From positions 127,981 to 159,980 of the forward strand of contig JBHLKY010000012.1 of assembly GCA_048886185.1 (NCBI GenBank): DNA of 32,000 nt. Direction: 5' to 3'. The notes below the pieces were generated by a model. It ran no database searches and was not told the origin of the DNA. It saw only the letters and a list, made by a program, of their open reading frames with translations. Below, in pieces: positions 1 through 9,377 of the stretch (positions are counted from its first letter, which is position 1; each line of letters begins with the position of its first letter). Position numbers and translations under genes: made by a program. The DNA comes from Candidatus Hermodarchaeota archaeon (GTDB lineage: Archaea; Asgardarchaeota; Heimdallarchaeia; Hodarchaeales; Hodarchaeaceae).

Positions 1-495
1 AGCACTTAAAAATTGATCAAAACTGATTGGTAAGTCTTGTTTCCATGTGATAAAGGCTAGAACACAAGCAATCCAAGTGAAAATGCTTGTGATTACTATT
101 ACAATCAGAGCCGAGACTGTTTTTCCCACATAAAGCTCAAATCGCTTTGTAGATGACAACAAGATTTCTATGGCTGATTCATGGAGGAACAATTCTTGAA
201 TTACAACAATAGAAATTAGAATATTAATGATATAAGCAAAAGTAATGTAAATTTGCAATAGATAGCCCACAAACCATTGATATCCATCCCTGTGTAAGTC
301 AATATTGAGTGACGCGGTTTCGCCAGCGTAGCTCACATATAGAAGTGTTGGGACAAAACAAAACACCACTAGAAATAATGTTCGATTTGATAATAAATAG
401 CGAGTAGTTTCATATTTTATGACAATGAAACAATTACGTATTGAAAACAACACTCCATAGAATAGATTTCTAAGAGTAATAATGTTACTTGTCAT
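1..495 (-). CDS. ABC-2-type transporter permease, partial (runs off the left edge)
   Basis: Missing from the ORF track. ATG at 495, 2 bp after the stop of the ABC ATPase; frame open for 165 codons to the window edge (MTSNIITLRNLFYGVLFSIRNCFIVIKYETTRYLLSNRTLFLVVFCFVPTLLYV...); several hydrophobic segments. Confidence 0.7.
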   Translation of the reverse strand, partial: MTSNIITLRNLFYGVLFSIRNCFIVIKYETTRYLLSNRTLFLVVFCFVPTLLYVSYAGETASLNIDLHRDGYQWFVGYLLQIYITFAYIINILISIVVIQELFLHESAIEILLSSTKRFELYVGKTVSALIVIVITSIFTWIACVLAFITWKQDLPISFDQFLSA

Positions 496-497
496 AA

Positions 498-1157
498 TTA
501 ATCTCTTCTCTTAATAGGAAAATGTATGTGACGAAAATTAGCGAAGTGTTCTTCGTTGTGAGATGCAGCAATAACAATATTGTTATTATTAACATATTCA
601 AGTAAGCAATCTTTCAATTTTTCCCTCATTTCCTGATCTAAGTTATCATAGGGTTCATCGAGCAGCAATACCTTTGGTTGATTTAATAGTGCAGAGCAGA
701 GTCCTAAACGTCGACGCATCCCCTCACTATATACACTGACATCAATATTACGCCATTTAATAAGACCAAAATCTTCAAGTAGTTCAATAGATCTTTTCTT
801 CGCATCTTTCATCCCCATCAAGTTACCTAAATAACATAAAAAAGTTAAACTGGATATTCCTGGATGAAATTTACATTCTTCAGGCATGAATCCAAGTAAA
901 TTCAACAATTTTCTGCTTCTCTGCTTTGTATTATGACCATAGATCAGTATTTTTCCTTCAGAAGGCATTAGTAAAGTAGCTATCATACGTAAAAGAGTAG
1001 ATTTTCCAGATCCATTAGCTCCAAGAAGAAGTACAGATTCACCACTAGAAATGGTTAAGGATAAATTATCGATAACTCTAACCTTAAGACTAGCTCTCCA
1101 AATAAGAAAGCTTTTACTAACATTCTGAATTTGAATTTCATTTACCAAAATTTTCAT
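498..1157 (-). CDS. ABC transporter ATP-binding subunit (CcmA/ABC-2 exporter type)
   Basis: Walker A GANGSGKST, signature YSEGMRRR, Walker B LLLDEP, H-loop ASH. Confidence 0.92.
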   Translation of the reverse strand: MKILVNEIQIQNVSKSFLIWRASLKVRVIDNLSLTISSGESVLLLGANGSGKSTLLRMIATLLMPSEGKILIYGHNTKQRSRKLLNLLGFMPEECKFHPGISSLTFLCYLGNLMGMKDAKKRSIELLEDFGLIKWRNIDVSVYSEGMRRRLGLCSALLNQPKVLLLDEPYDNLDQEMREKLKDCLLEYVNNNNIVIAASHNEEHFANFRHIHFPIKRRD

Positions 1158-1292
1158 CCTAGTGCTTAAAACTCACGGTATTCATAATTATGTGATCAAC
1201 TTTTTGAAGTATTCTTCAAGATAAAAATAGGTGGTTGAATAATCTCTTTTTAAATGGAAAAAGTTTTTTTTAGGATGTGTAAGTTGTAAACA

Positions 1293-2114
1293 ATGAAATC
1301 AAAAAATATGCTTAGCTTGATCTTGGTCATATTTTTCAGTTTTTTGATTATTTTTCCTTTTTATGAAACCACAGCAAAATCAAATCAGCGATTACTACCT
1401 TTTATTGGGATGGTTGTTAATTATAAACTGAATGTTAAAATCGAAGGCATCCCTTTTCCAGTTACAGCGAATTGGACGGTAACTTGGGAGCAATATAATG
1501 TTACGGCTCCAAGTGTCTTTATATCAAATTTAACAGTCAAATCCACCTATATAACCTTCATCACTTTTGTGGATCGTGAGTCTGGAATCATTATTGAGAA
1601 CAGGACTTCCCGAGAGGTTCTATTTATCAACTTAACTGATACAACTTTCTTACAAATATTATACGATCTATATTTTTCCCCTGATCGGCGAAATTACTCA
1701 CCATTTTACATTGATCCAACAGATATGAGTATAGGTGATCATATTAATGTTTATAGCTTTAATATGACTGTAGTTGCAACTGATCGAGTATCAGTGGCTG
1801 ATTTTGGATGGCGGAATGTCTGGATCGTCCAAACCAAAGAGACAGAAGAGAATGTTGAACACTTTATTAGCTTAATTTATGATAATAGAACAGGATTACT
1901 GGTAGGTGGGCGAATATTTACTAGATGGTTTTGGAGCGACGGATCACAGCGGAGATATGATGTGAAAATAATTTGTCAAAATACCAATGCATTAAACAGA
2001 TATAGATTACTTATTGAGACAAATAGAGTGTTAATCATTTTAGTTAGTTGTATACCCTTTCTACCTCTATTTGTCAAAATATTACGATTGAGAGAAATTG
2101 AAGGTGGATTATAG
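1293..2114 (+). CDS. Hypothetical exported, membrane-anchored protein
   Basis: N-terminal hydrophobic signal (LSLILVIFFSFLIIFPF), beta-rich body with N-x-S/T sequons, C-terminal TM (VLIILVSCIPFLPLFV) followed by basic residues. Confidence 0.75.
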   Translation: MKSKNMLSLILVIFFSFLIIFPFYETTAKSNQRLLPFIGMVVNYKLNVKIEGIPFPVTANWTVTWEQYNVTAPSVFISNLTVKSTYITFITFVDRESGIIIENRTSREVLFINLTDTTFLQILYDLYFSPDRRNYSPFYIDPTDMSIGDHINVYSFNMTVVATDRVSVADFGWRNVWIVQTKETEENVEHFISLIYDNRTGLLVGGRIFTRWFWSDGSQRRYDVKIICQNTNALNRYRLLIETNRVLIILVSCIPFLPLFVKILRLREIEGGL

Positions 2115-2158
2115 ATTTAGACTATTGCTAATAACCTTAAATTTTAAAGATACCTAAT

Positions 2159-2407
2159 TTAACTTGCATTCAGTGTAATGAGGGGAGGATTGTTTGTAAA
2201 AGTATGATTGATTGTGTCTTTGAAACTCTCAATAGTAAAGATATTCCCCGATTCATCTTGAATTTTGAACATGGCTTCTCTTACCAAGATTTCAAATGCA
2301 TCATAGGTCATTGTGGGATAGAAGGAATTTCCAGTGAAGGTACCTAGCGAGATAACCTGTGGAGGTTTATCTGGTTTTTTTCTCTCAAGATAATAATGTG
2401 GGCACAT
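2159..2407 (-). CDS. Small hypothetical protein (82 aa)
   Basis: Fills an otherwise empty gap, overlaps no larger gene, has GGAG about 10 nt upstream of the ATG; no family recognised. Confidence 0.45.
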   Translation of the reverse strand: MCPHYYLERKKPDKPPQVISLGTFTGNSFYPTMTYDAFEILVREAMFKIQDESGNIFTIESFKDTINHTFTNNPPLITLNAS

Positions 2408-2544
2408 TTTTGATTGTTCTCCATTGATTCAATGATCTATTCCACAATCACTAAATTTACAATATCATATGTTATCTTGAGAATATCGACATGCCTCCGA
2501 AATGTGGAGGTAAAAAAGGGGAATATGAAAATAGAATCGATTTC

Positions 2545-4950
2545 TTAAGACATACGACTATATAGCATATCTGGTAGAGATCTACGCCAAGTTCTCCAAG
2601 AAATTAAACTAGTGGCCATGAACACACAGACACTAAGAATGAAGACTATGAAAAACCATAATTCAACGGGTACCACTGCTGGGATATACAAATCAGGAAG
2701 GATATACTCATAAGTTGGCTTTAACAGGACAATACTCAGAGGAACACCAATGAAAAATCCAAATATGCCATATATCAGGTTTTCTGTTAAGATAATTTTC
2801 AGGATTGTCCTCCGTTTTGCACCCATTGCCCTTAAGGCCAAGAATTCCATTTCACGCTCCATCATAGTAATTGACATACTAGAAAATGTAAATAAAATAA
2901 GAGTAGCTAAACCTAGGAACGCAACAAGTAGTAATAATTGCATGAACATACTTAATAATTCTATAATTGTATCTTTTGCCTCATTACTATCAATATAAAC
3001 ATAAGGTTTGTATTTTTCTTGTATAATTTGTTTAATCTCTAGTTTTTCAGTATTTGATATAATCTCATTAAATTCAAATACAAATGCAGTAACATTTTCC
3101 GCAATCCCAATTTGATGGACATCAGACACAGAATCACGGATTCCCTCAATAGTCCAAAAAATTGTATTCTCTGCTATTTCCCCTGTGATTCCTATGACTT
3201 CAACTGTTACAATAGACTCCAAATCAAAGGTTAAAGTGATCTCATCTCCTAAATCTAACTTTAAGTCCTTTGCTAGGTTATTACCTATAAGAATTTTCTT
3301 TTTAGTGAGCTCTTTTTCTCCAGCTATTACATTATAGTCTCTTAAAGACGAATTTTGATGAAAAGCTTGCAATGGAATTCGTTGATTATCAATCCAAACG
3401 GTTGTATACAAAAATCCTTCTACATCAGTTATTCCTGATACATTTTGATGAATCCACTTTTTAATCTCAGTTTCACTAGTAGGATTTTGTAAAAGAATTT
3501 TTGCGTCATATTTTTCATACAAAGAGTAATTTTCTTCTAAAGCATACACATAATCATAAAATACACTTGCAGAGATAACTAAAATGACCATGGATGCTGC
3601 AACAACCATTGCAGTCGAGAATGACCGTCTTTTATTCATAAAAACTGACCTGAGAGGAATCTTAGAGGTTAATCCTTTGAGAATTTTTAATGGTCTCAGT
3701 ATATGTTCTAACAATGGTTCACTTCCGAGCTCACTAGTTGAATATGAAGCCTTTAACGCCTCATGAGGAGTCAAACGTAAAACTGGGTATGTAGCTAATA
3801 TTGAAAATGTTAGAATTAATACTACTGCCAAAAGGGTGATAGAAATCCAGTTTAAGGGATTAGTAGATATTGTTACGGTAATTAAACCAAAAACACTAAC
3901 TCCAACATTTACTAGTGCAAAAGTTGTTATTACTGCTCCCAACCATCCAAAAATAATTCCAATAGCTCCGAGCATTAAACCAAAACTCGTATAATGGAAG
4001 AGTATTGTAATGTTTCTTGAACCTAATGCTCCATATAAGCCAATATGTGTCCGTTGGGCCATTATCAATTTACTTAATGAATTATATATCCCAATAGATC
4101 CAACTATCAAAGCAAAAAGACCAAAGACTAACCCAATTTTTTCCATTGCATCAGTTCGAAGCTCTAGCCAGTCTCGTTCCATAGATTCATCCCAATAAAT
4201 TACTTTTTGAATTATTTTTTCGCCTAAAATTGAAGAAATAGCTTGATCCGCCTTCTGATTTGCAGCATTTGTCCTTTCATGAGTTTTAACTAGGATTTCA
4301 TTGATCCCAGTTAGGTTGAATTTTTCCTGAAGTATATCAAGAGGCATATAAATTACACATAATTCTCCTAGGGTTATAACATTTGTTTGCTCGTCTACAA
4401 CAAAGATATAATCAGAATCTGCAACAAATCCACCTATTGATACATTTGCAATAGAATTTCCCAAAAAAATCGAAAGTTGGTCCTGTAATCTAGCCTGAAC
4501 TCCTACTAAGGTAACATTGCCAAAATGCTGTTCGACAAATACTTGATCATCTGATAATTGTTCATTACCAACTTTGACTCTTAATTTGTTTATTCGAGTT
4601 TTCTCAAAGTTAATGCCAATTAAGTATGCTTTATGGATTTTATTATTGAATTTTACTGTACAATACTCAAAAATTCGACCCTCCAGATCAGTAATTCCCG
4701 CAATTTCTTTCTCAGACTCAGATATTAGCGATGATAAATTATTTTCAGGAATATATTCTGATAATCGAATTCTAATGTCAGCATTATTAAGTTCTTTATT
4801 TGTAGCTTCTACTGATGCCATTGCGGAGTCTTTTAAATTCATTAATCCTAATCCCAAAGTAAGAGCGAGGAAAACTGTAAGAATTATCATGATAGAGCGG
4901 AATTTGTTAAATCGAATATCTCTAAAGATCTTCTTAGTTAAGATTTTCAA
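2545..4950 (-). CDS. FtsX/MacB-family (type VII) ABC transporter permease, duplicated architecture
   Basis: 801 aa; two repeats of TM + large extracytoplasmic domain + 3 TM; FtsX-like loops (QRTHIGLYGALG; EREMEFLALRAMGA); directly downstream of a LolD-type ATPase; TTG start with AGGTG upstream. Confidence 0.9.
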   Translation of the reverse strand: MKILTKKIFRDIRFNKFRSIMIILTVFLALTLGLGLMNLKDSAMASVEATNKELNNADIRIRLSEYIPENNLSSLISESEKEIAGITDLEGRIFEYCTVKFNNKIHKAYLIGINFEKTRINKLRVKVGNEQLSDDQVFVEQHFGNVTLVGVQARLQDQLSIFLGNSIANVSIGGFVADSDYIFVVDEQTNVITLGELCVIYMPLDILQEKFNLTGINEILVKTHERTNAANQKADQAISSILGEKIIQKVIYWDESMERDWLELRTDAMEKIGLVFGLFALIVGSIGIYNSLSKLIMAQRTHIGLYGALGSRNITILFHYTSFGLMLGAIGIIFGWLGAVITTFALVNVGVSVFGLITVTISTNPLNWISITLLAVVLILTFSILATYPVLRLTPHEALKASYSTSELGSEPLLEHILRPLKILKGLTSKIPLRSVFMNKRRSFSTAMVVAASMVILVISASVFYDYVYALEENYSLYEKYDAKILLQNPTSETEIKKWIHQNVSGITDVEGFLYTTVWIDNQRIPLQAFHQNSSLRDYNVIAGEKELTKKKILIGNNLAKDLKLDLGDEITLTFDLESIVTVEVIGITGEIAENTIFWTIEGIRDSVSDVHQIGIAENVTAFVFEFNEIISNTEKLEIKQIIQEKYKPYVYIDSNEAKDTIIELLSMFMQLLLLVAFLGLATLILFTFSSMSITMMEREMEFLALRAMGAKRRTILKIILTENLIYGIFGFFIGVPLSIVLLKPTYEYILPDLYIPAVVPVELWFFIVFILSVCVFMATSLISWRTWRRSLPDMLYSRMS

Positions 4951-4973
4951 TCACAGTACACCTTCAAACTGAT

Positions 4974-5672
4974 TTATTTTGAGTGATCTTCAACAGTTTC
5001 AATCTGTCCATCACGGAGATGAAACACACGTTCAGCTTTCTCTGTGATACTGATATCATGAGAAACTACAATATATGTTCCTCCAAACTTTTTATTAAGT
5101 TCTTTCATAAGACCAGCAATTTTCTGACCTGTAACAAAATCAAGATTTCCAGTAGGTTCATCTGCTACAATTATTTCGGGATTTTTCACCAAAGCTCGGG
5201 CAATAGCAACTCTCTGTTGTTCTCCCCCTGACAATTGGCTTGGAAAGCGATCCGTCTTATCACCCAGTCCCACTGCGTCTAGAATCTTACATGCACGTTC
5301 CTTAATATTTTTACGATCACCCTTAAATTCAAGTGCTAATCCAACATTTTCCCATGTTCTGAGAGAAGGAATAAGGTTAAAAAATTGAAATATCCAACCA
5401 ACCTTATTACGACGATATTCAGATAATCTCCCTCCACCCCAATCAGTTATTTTCTCCCCGTGGATCTCCACAGTACCTTTGGTTGGGGAGTCAATTCCAC
5501 CTATTTGGTTAAGTAAAGTTGTTTTTCCTGATCCTGATGGCCCAAGCACAACAACAAATTCACCTTCATATACTTCCATTGAAATACCGCGTAATGCATG
5601 AACTATATGATCACCTAAAGCGAATTCACGATGTACATCTGATAAAATTACCATGGGTTCTTTTAATGCCAT
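4974..5672 (-). CDS. LolD/MacB-type ABC ATP-binding protein
   Basis: [38 protein letters not shown]. Confidence 0.95.
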   Translation of the reverse strand: MALKEPMVILSDVHREFALGDHIVHALRGISMEVYEGEFVVVLGPSGSGKTTLLNQIGGIDSPTKGTVEIHGEKITDWGGGRLSEYRRNKVGWIFQFFNLIPSLRTWENVGLALEFKGDRKNIKERACKILDAVGLGDKTDRFPSQLSGGEQQRVAIARALVKNPEIIVADEPTGNLDFVTGQKIAGLMKELNKKFGGTYIVVSHDISITEKAERVFHLRDGQIETVEDHSK

Positions 5673-5911
5673 TTTTAATTACTTCTTTTTTCAAGAATTA
5701 CTGAGTTCTTAATTATGAAATCTCTAAATTTTCACTTTCGAAAATCTTTAAAAACTTATAGATAATGACATTCATAAGTAATGACAAATTGAATAAGGTG
5801 ATTATTATTGTTTTTGATATATTATCGATTTATATGTCCATATAGATCTTTCTGGAGGTAAAAATTCTGACAAATGCCTCTTCATCTTCAAAAATAAAGA
5901 ACATAACCTTA

Positions 5912-6766
5912 GTGGACTTGGTAGATTTATCATTTATCCAAATTTACCTTTTAAATATCTTATCTTCTTATTCTACAGGTGCAGTTCGATTTACGTTGCT
6001 CAATCAAATTAATGACGTTTTTTTTCAAGAAAAACCTTTACATCGATCGACTTTTTACAATAGCTTAAAAAGATTAAAAGAGAAAAATTTTGTATCATTT
6101 AAAGAAGATAGTAGAAGTGGGAAAACAAAAAGTGTCCAAATTACGCCATTAGGCAAGATTGCGACAAATATGATAACCCAAATGATGATTTTCACTATTT
6201 GGGATATTGGAACGCTATTACAAGAACTTGTCCCAGAAGTTATAGCTAAAACCGAAATGACACCCGTCCACTTGAGTCTTCTTATCCATTTTGACGAATT
6301 GTTAAATGTTGAACTATTTGATGAATTCTATTATCCTTACTCGGAAGAGCTTTATGTACTAGCAGATGACAATTATTTTGAAAGATACTTAAAGCGAGGT
6401 ATCACTAGGATTCACCAATCGAAATTTCAGAACAACTTGATTCGTGAACCAAATGATTTTTTTGATAACACTTTTTTAATTCGGTATCGAAAGACGAAAA
6501 AATTTGGAATTTCGGAAAAAGAGATGTTGCATGAAGCTTTAAGAGTGACAAAATCAAATGGAAAGTTGATAATTATAACTATTAGTGACATTCCTCGATC
6601 AGATCACTTTATACCAGATAGTTTTGGTCAATTTATTAATAATAATCCTTTCTTCTTCTCAATAAGTGAAGAAGAATTATTATCTGATCTGAAAGAAGAG
6701 GGTCTTCAGAAGATTAATATCTGGAACATTAAAGGAGTCTTGATTGTGTCCGCTAAAGTTCCTTAA
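5912..6766 (+). CDS. Winged-HTH (PadR/MarR-like) transcriptional regulator with a C-terminal methyltransferase-like domain
   Basis: N-terminus HRSTFYNSLKRLKEKNFV...VQITPLGK fits a wHTH recognition helix and wing; C-terminal half has FFDNTFL...MLHEALRVTKSNGKLII, typical of class I SAM-MTase strands 4-5. GTG start; divergent from the ABC operon. Confidence 0.65.
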   Translation: MDLVDLSFIQIYLLNILSSYSTGAVRFTLLNQINDVFFQEKPLHRSTFYNSLKRLKEKNFVSFKEDSRSGKTKSVQITPLGKIATNMITQMMIFTIWDIGTLLQELVPEVIAKTEMTPVHLSLLIHFDELLNVELFDEFYYPYSEELYVLADDNYFERYLKRGITRIHQSKFQNNLIREPNDFFDNTFLIRYRKTKKFGISEKEMLHEALRVTKSNGKLIIITISDIPRSDHFIPDSFGQFINNNPFFFSISEEELLSDLKEEGLQKINIWNIKGVLIVSAKVP

Positions 6767-6955
6767 AAAAGTATAGACCCTTAATTACCATTGGATATTT
6801 TGATCCACCAAAAAGAGGGGATTGTAGTGTACAACACTCAAGAGTGAGGTCATATAAGCCCAATTGATTTACCTAGTATCCTCTACTCTTTGAGAATTCT
6901 TATCAGAGGCAGGATTGTTAAGAACTTTTTAAGAGGAAAATAGTAAATTAGGAAC

Positions 6956-7222
6956 TCACTCGACTTTTGAAACTGCGAGGCGAATATCAGATTCTTTTAT
7001 GGTTTTTCGGCCTGAATGACCCGCAATCTCTACAGCATATTTAGCGATTTCCATTCCTCGGTCTGTTATAACCTGATTCAAACTTGCGATTGCATCAGAA
7101 GATACACGAAATGCTCCCGCATCTCTGATTAGCTTTTCAACACGTGCGCCAGCGAAAGTTGCTTTTCCAGCTGGTGCTTTCTTAGCTGGTGCTTTTTTAG
7201 CTGGTTCTTTCTTTTTTGGCAT
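6956..7222 (-). CDS. Archaeal (HMf-type) histone with a Lys/Ala/Pro-rich N-terminal tail
   Basis: Fold residues match HMfB-type histones: LIRDAGAFRVSSDA, IAGHSGRKTIKESDIRLAV (conserved AGA, R-V, H, RKT and D). About 21 extra N-terminal residues, MPKKKEPAKKAPAKKAPAGKA. Confidence 0.95.
   Translation of the reverse strand: MPKKKEPAKKAPAKKAPAGKATFAGARVEKLIRDAGAFRVSSDAIASLNQVITDRGMEIAKYAVEIAGHSGRKTIKESDIRLAVSKVE
7169..7213. repeat. 3 x 15-bp tandem repeat encoding the histone tail (KKEPA KKAPA KKAPA)
   Basis: Plus-strand units agctggtgctttctt / agctggtgctttttt / agctggttctttctt. Confidence 0.9.
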
Positions 7223-7285
7223 TTTAAATCACAATTCCCAATAAGTTACTTAAATAATAAAACTCGTGCAGAAATTCAAACTTCC

Positions 7286-7300
7286 TTTATAAAGCTTTAT
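7286..7300 (-). promoter_or_regulatory. Candidate TATA box for the histone gene
   Basis: TTTATAAA at 7286-7293, about 65 nt upstream of the histone ATG, overlapping a perfect 12-bp palindrome ATAAAGCTTTAT (7289-7300). Position and motif only. Confidence 0.35.
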
Positions 7301-7445
7301 ACAATCCTAGTACACTAGAAGAAAAAGAGGAAAGATAAGTACTCTCCTTATCTCCATTTTTATCATGATAATGGTTAAATCATGTTTTTTTACACTTTTA
7401 GAGCAATAATCCCACAATGATCTTTAAAAGCCCTAAATATTTCTG

Positions 7446-8717
7446 TTAGAAGGGTTCCATTGTGTAAGGGGGCTCCTCTGTTCTGAAAAGTTTATTAAGT
7501 AATCCAAGATGACTTATATCAGTTATCTGTATTAAACCATATTCATATAGCCTTTTGAGACTTATCGCCCCCATAATTAGACTAGAAAAATGTTCAACAT
7601 TAAGTGATATTTTAACCACTTTCTCTTCATTAGCTGAAATCAACGTAGGTTTTCCTTCTTGAAAATGTACTAACATCTCTCCATCATTTATAGGAAGAAA
7701 ACTGTCTCTAACCGCTAATTTTAGCTTAATGGTCTGATCTCCAAATCTATGATCGGAGAGAAGAGTGAAGAACTTCTCAGTATTTATAACGCGATACATT
7801 ACCCCAACGCCTTGGATATTACTTTCTTGAAAAATATGGAAAATATTCTCGCTGCCACGGCTGCGTGGTTCATTCAAGAAATGGTGAAAATAATGATCAT
7901 GTGTGTTATAAATAATTCTGTGAATTTGATCTTGCTGTGTGGCAAGAAACGTTAGAAGGCTGCGAAAAGCATTCGGTGATTCATAAATAAATTCTATAAT
8001 GTGAATATTGTGTTGTAACCAACTCCCACCTTCCACCCTTCTCATCCGAAAAGCTAAATAACCAGCAAGATCACCATTTTCCCAGTATCCAATGGTTTTC
8101 ATTCCCTCAAGTATTTGTTTAAAGATCCTACTATCTTCTGTTCGTAAAATCATACCATGAGTTGTCGATGTATATCTTTGATAGCATGTAAAAACAGATT
8201 TTAGATCGGACAAGGATAAGTACGATATATTTGATTTTTTTGATTTTTGTAACGCTTTTGGTTCAAAGCAGTATTGATTCATTTTATTTCCTAATCCATA
8301 TCCCATATTGGCATAGAAATCTGGTCGAAATGGATAGAGGCAAGTTAAACAATATCCTCGCTTATAATAATGGTTATGAGCAAATATCATCAGATCCTTG
8401 GCTACATGTTCTTTTTTATATAGAAGGCCGACGCAAACTTCTCCTATCCCACCGCATTTAACAACATTCTTACCATATAAATTCATTTTAAAATCATAAA
8501 GAATCATTCCCCCCACTAATTTGTCTTGTTGAAAACACCCGTAAATATTCACAGCAGTATCTTCATTATTAACGCATATCCATTCTTTTTTTTTCTCTCT
8601 CTTCATGTCCTCAGTAAAATTAGGTGGTACCTGACCAGGATATGCTTCAGCCCAAATATCTAGAAAAGCGTCAAAATCTGTGTCTATAAGCTTTCTAATA
8701 GTTCTATTCTCTTTCAT
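7446..8717 (-). CDS. Eis-family GNAT N-acetyltransferase (tandem GNAT + SCP2-like C-terminal domain)
   Basis: 423 aa; GGIGEVCV...KKEHVAKDLM (motif A variant), LYPFRPDFYANMGYG, C-terminal LNVEHFSSLIMGAISLKRLYEYG resembling the Eis SCP2 domain. Confidence 0.85.
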   Translation of the reverse strand: MKENRTIRKLIDTDFDAFLDIWAEAYPGQVPPNFTEDMKREKKKEWICVNNEDTAVNIYGCFQQDKLVGGMILYDFKMNLYGKNVVKCGGIGEVCVGLLYKKEHVAKDLMIFAHNHYYKRGYCLTCLYPFRPDFYANMGYGLGNKMNQYCFEPKALQKSKKSNISYLSLSDLKSVFTCYQRYTSTTHGMILRTEDSRIFKQILEGMKTIGYWENGDLAGYLAFRMRRVEGGSWLQHNIHIIEFIYESPNAFRSLLTFLATQQDQIHRIIYNTHDHYFHHFLNEPRSRGSENIFHIFQESNIQGVGVMYRVINTEKFFTLLSDHRFGDQTIKLKLAVRDSFLPINDGEMLVHFQEGKPTLISANEEKVVKISLNVEHFSSLIMGAISLKRLYEYGLIQITDISHLGLLNKLFRTEEPPYTMEPF

Positions 8718-8750
8718 ATGAATTTTCCAATCCTAAAAACTCAATAATAC

Positions 8751-9365
8751 TCAATCATAATTAGGTATTGCATAATAGTTACTGTTTTTGTAAATTGTTA
8801 CACCACTTTCCGTTATCATTGTAATAGGATCGCTTAATGCTGCAGATAAGGTGATAGCTAGAGTTCTTCCTTTTTGTTCTTTCTGAAAATGATGAACATG
8901 TCCAGCCACTAGAATCTTAGGATTAAAAAGATCAACAAGCCTTCTTACAGACTTATTGCCACAATGAGGTATCATTTTCGCATGAAATGGATCACCACAT
9001 TTGTCTGCAAGCCCAAATGCTGGTTCATGGGAAATTAAAACATCTAAATCCTTTGGAATCGTTGTAGGTTCACGTAAATAATCAATTCCGAAGAAATTAA
9101 ACCCTGTAAGGTCTTTAAGCCAGTCCAAATGATCACCAAGCCAATAAAAGTTTTTAATATTCTCAAGAACCCTCAGAGATTTTGTGCCCCAGAGTTCTTT
9201 ATTTCCCTTTATACTAAAGAAAGGTAAAGGGAATTCGAAACTTCGTCCAGGATATTGGTGGTAATTGAAGATATCTCCTGTACAAACACAAATATCAGCT
9301 TTCTCTGCATATTGAAATAATCGGGTGAAATTACCTTCAAAATCGGCACTAAGAAGGATTTTCAT
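8751..9365 (-). CDS. Calcineurin-like metallophosphoesterase
   Basis: Ordered motifs ADFEG, TGDI, KGNKE, ISHEP, AGHVH; motifs I and III deviate from the D-x-H and GNH[D/E] consensus. Confidence 0.82.
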   Translation of the reverse strand: MKILLSADFEGNFTRLFQYAEKADICVCTGDIFNYHQYPGRSFEFPLPFFSIKGNKELWGTKSLRVLENIKNFYWLGDHLDWLKDLTGFNFFGIDYLREPTTIPKDLDVLISHEPAFGLADKCGDPFHAKMIPHCGNKSVRRLVDLFNPKILVAGHVHHFQKEQKGRTLAITLSAALSDPITMITESGVTIYKNSNYYAIPNYD

Positions 9366-9377
9366 TAGAATACTCCC

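Noticed and set aside
2494-2510. Hairpin CCTCC-N7-GGAGG as an intrinsic terminator
   Set aside because: No T-tract follows the stem on either strand; only a 5-bp stem.
2750-5704. Short ORFs 2750-2998, 3584-3766, 4010-4198, 4574-4972, 4983-5231 and 5519-5704
   Set aside because: Antisense or off-frame shadows of the ABC permease and ATPase; no motifs.
6956-7222. Calling the histone a true H2B ortholog or eukaryotic contamination
   Set aside because: The fold is HMf-type, the context is intron-free and prokaryotic, and the tail similarity is low-complexity.
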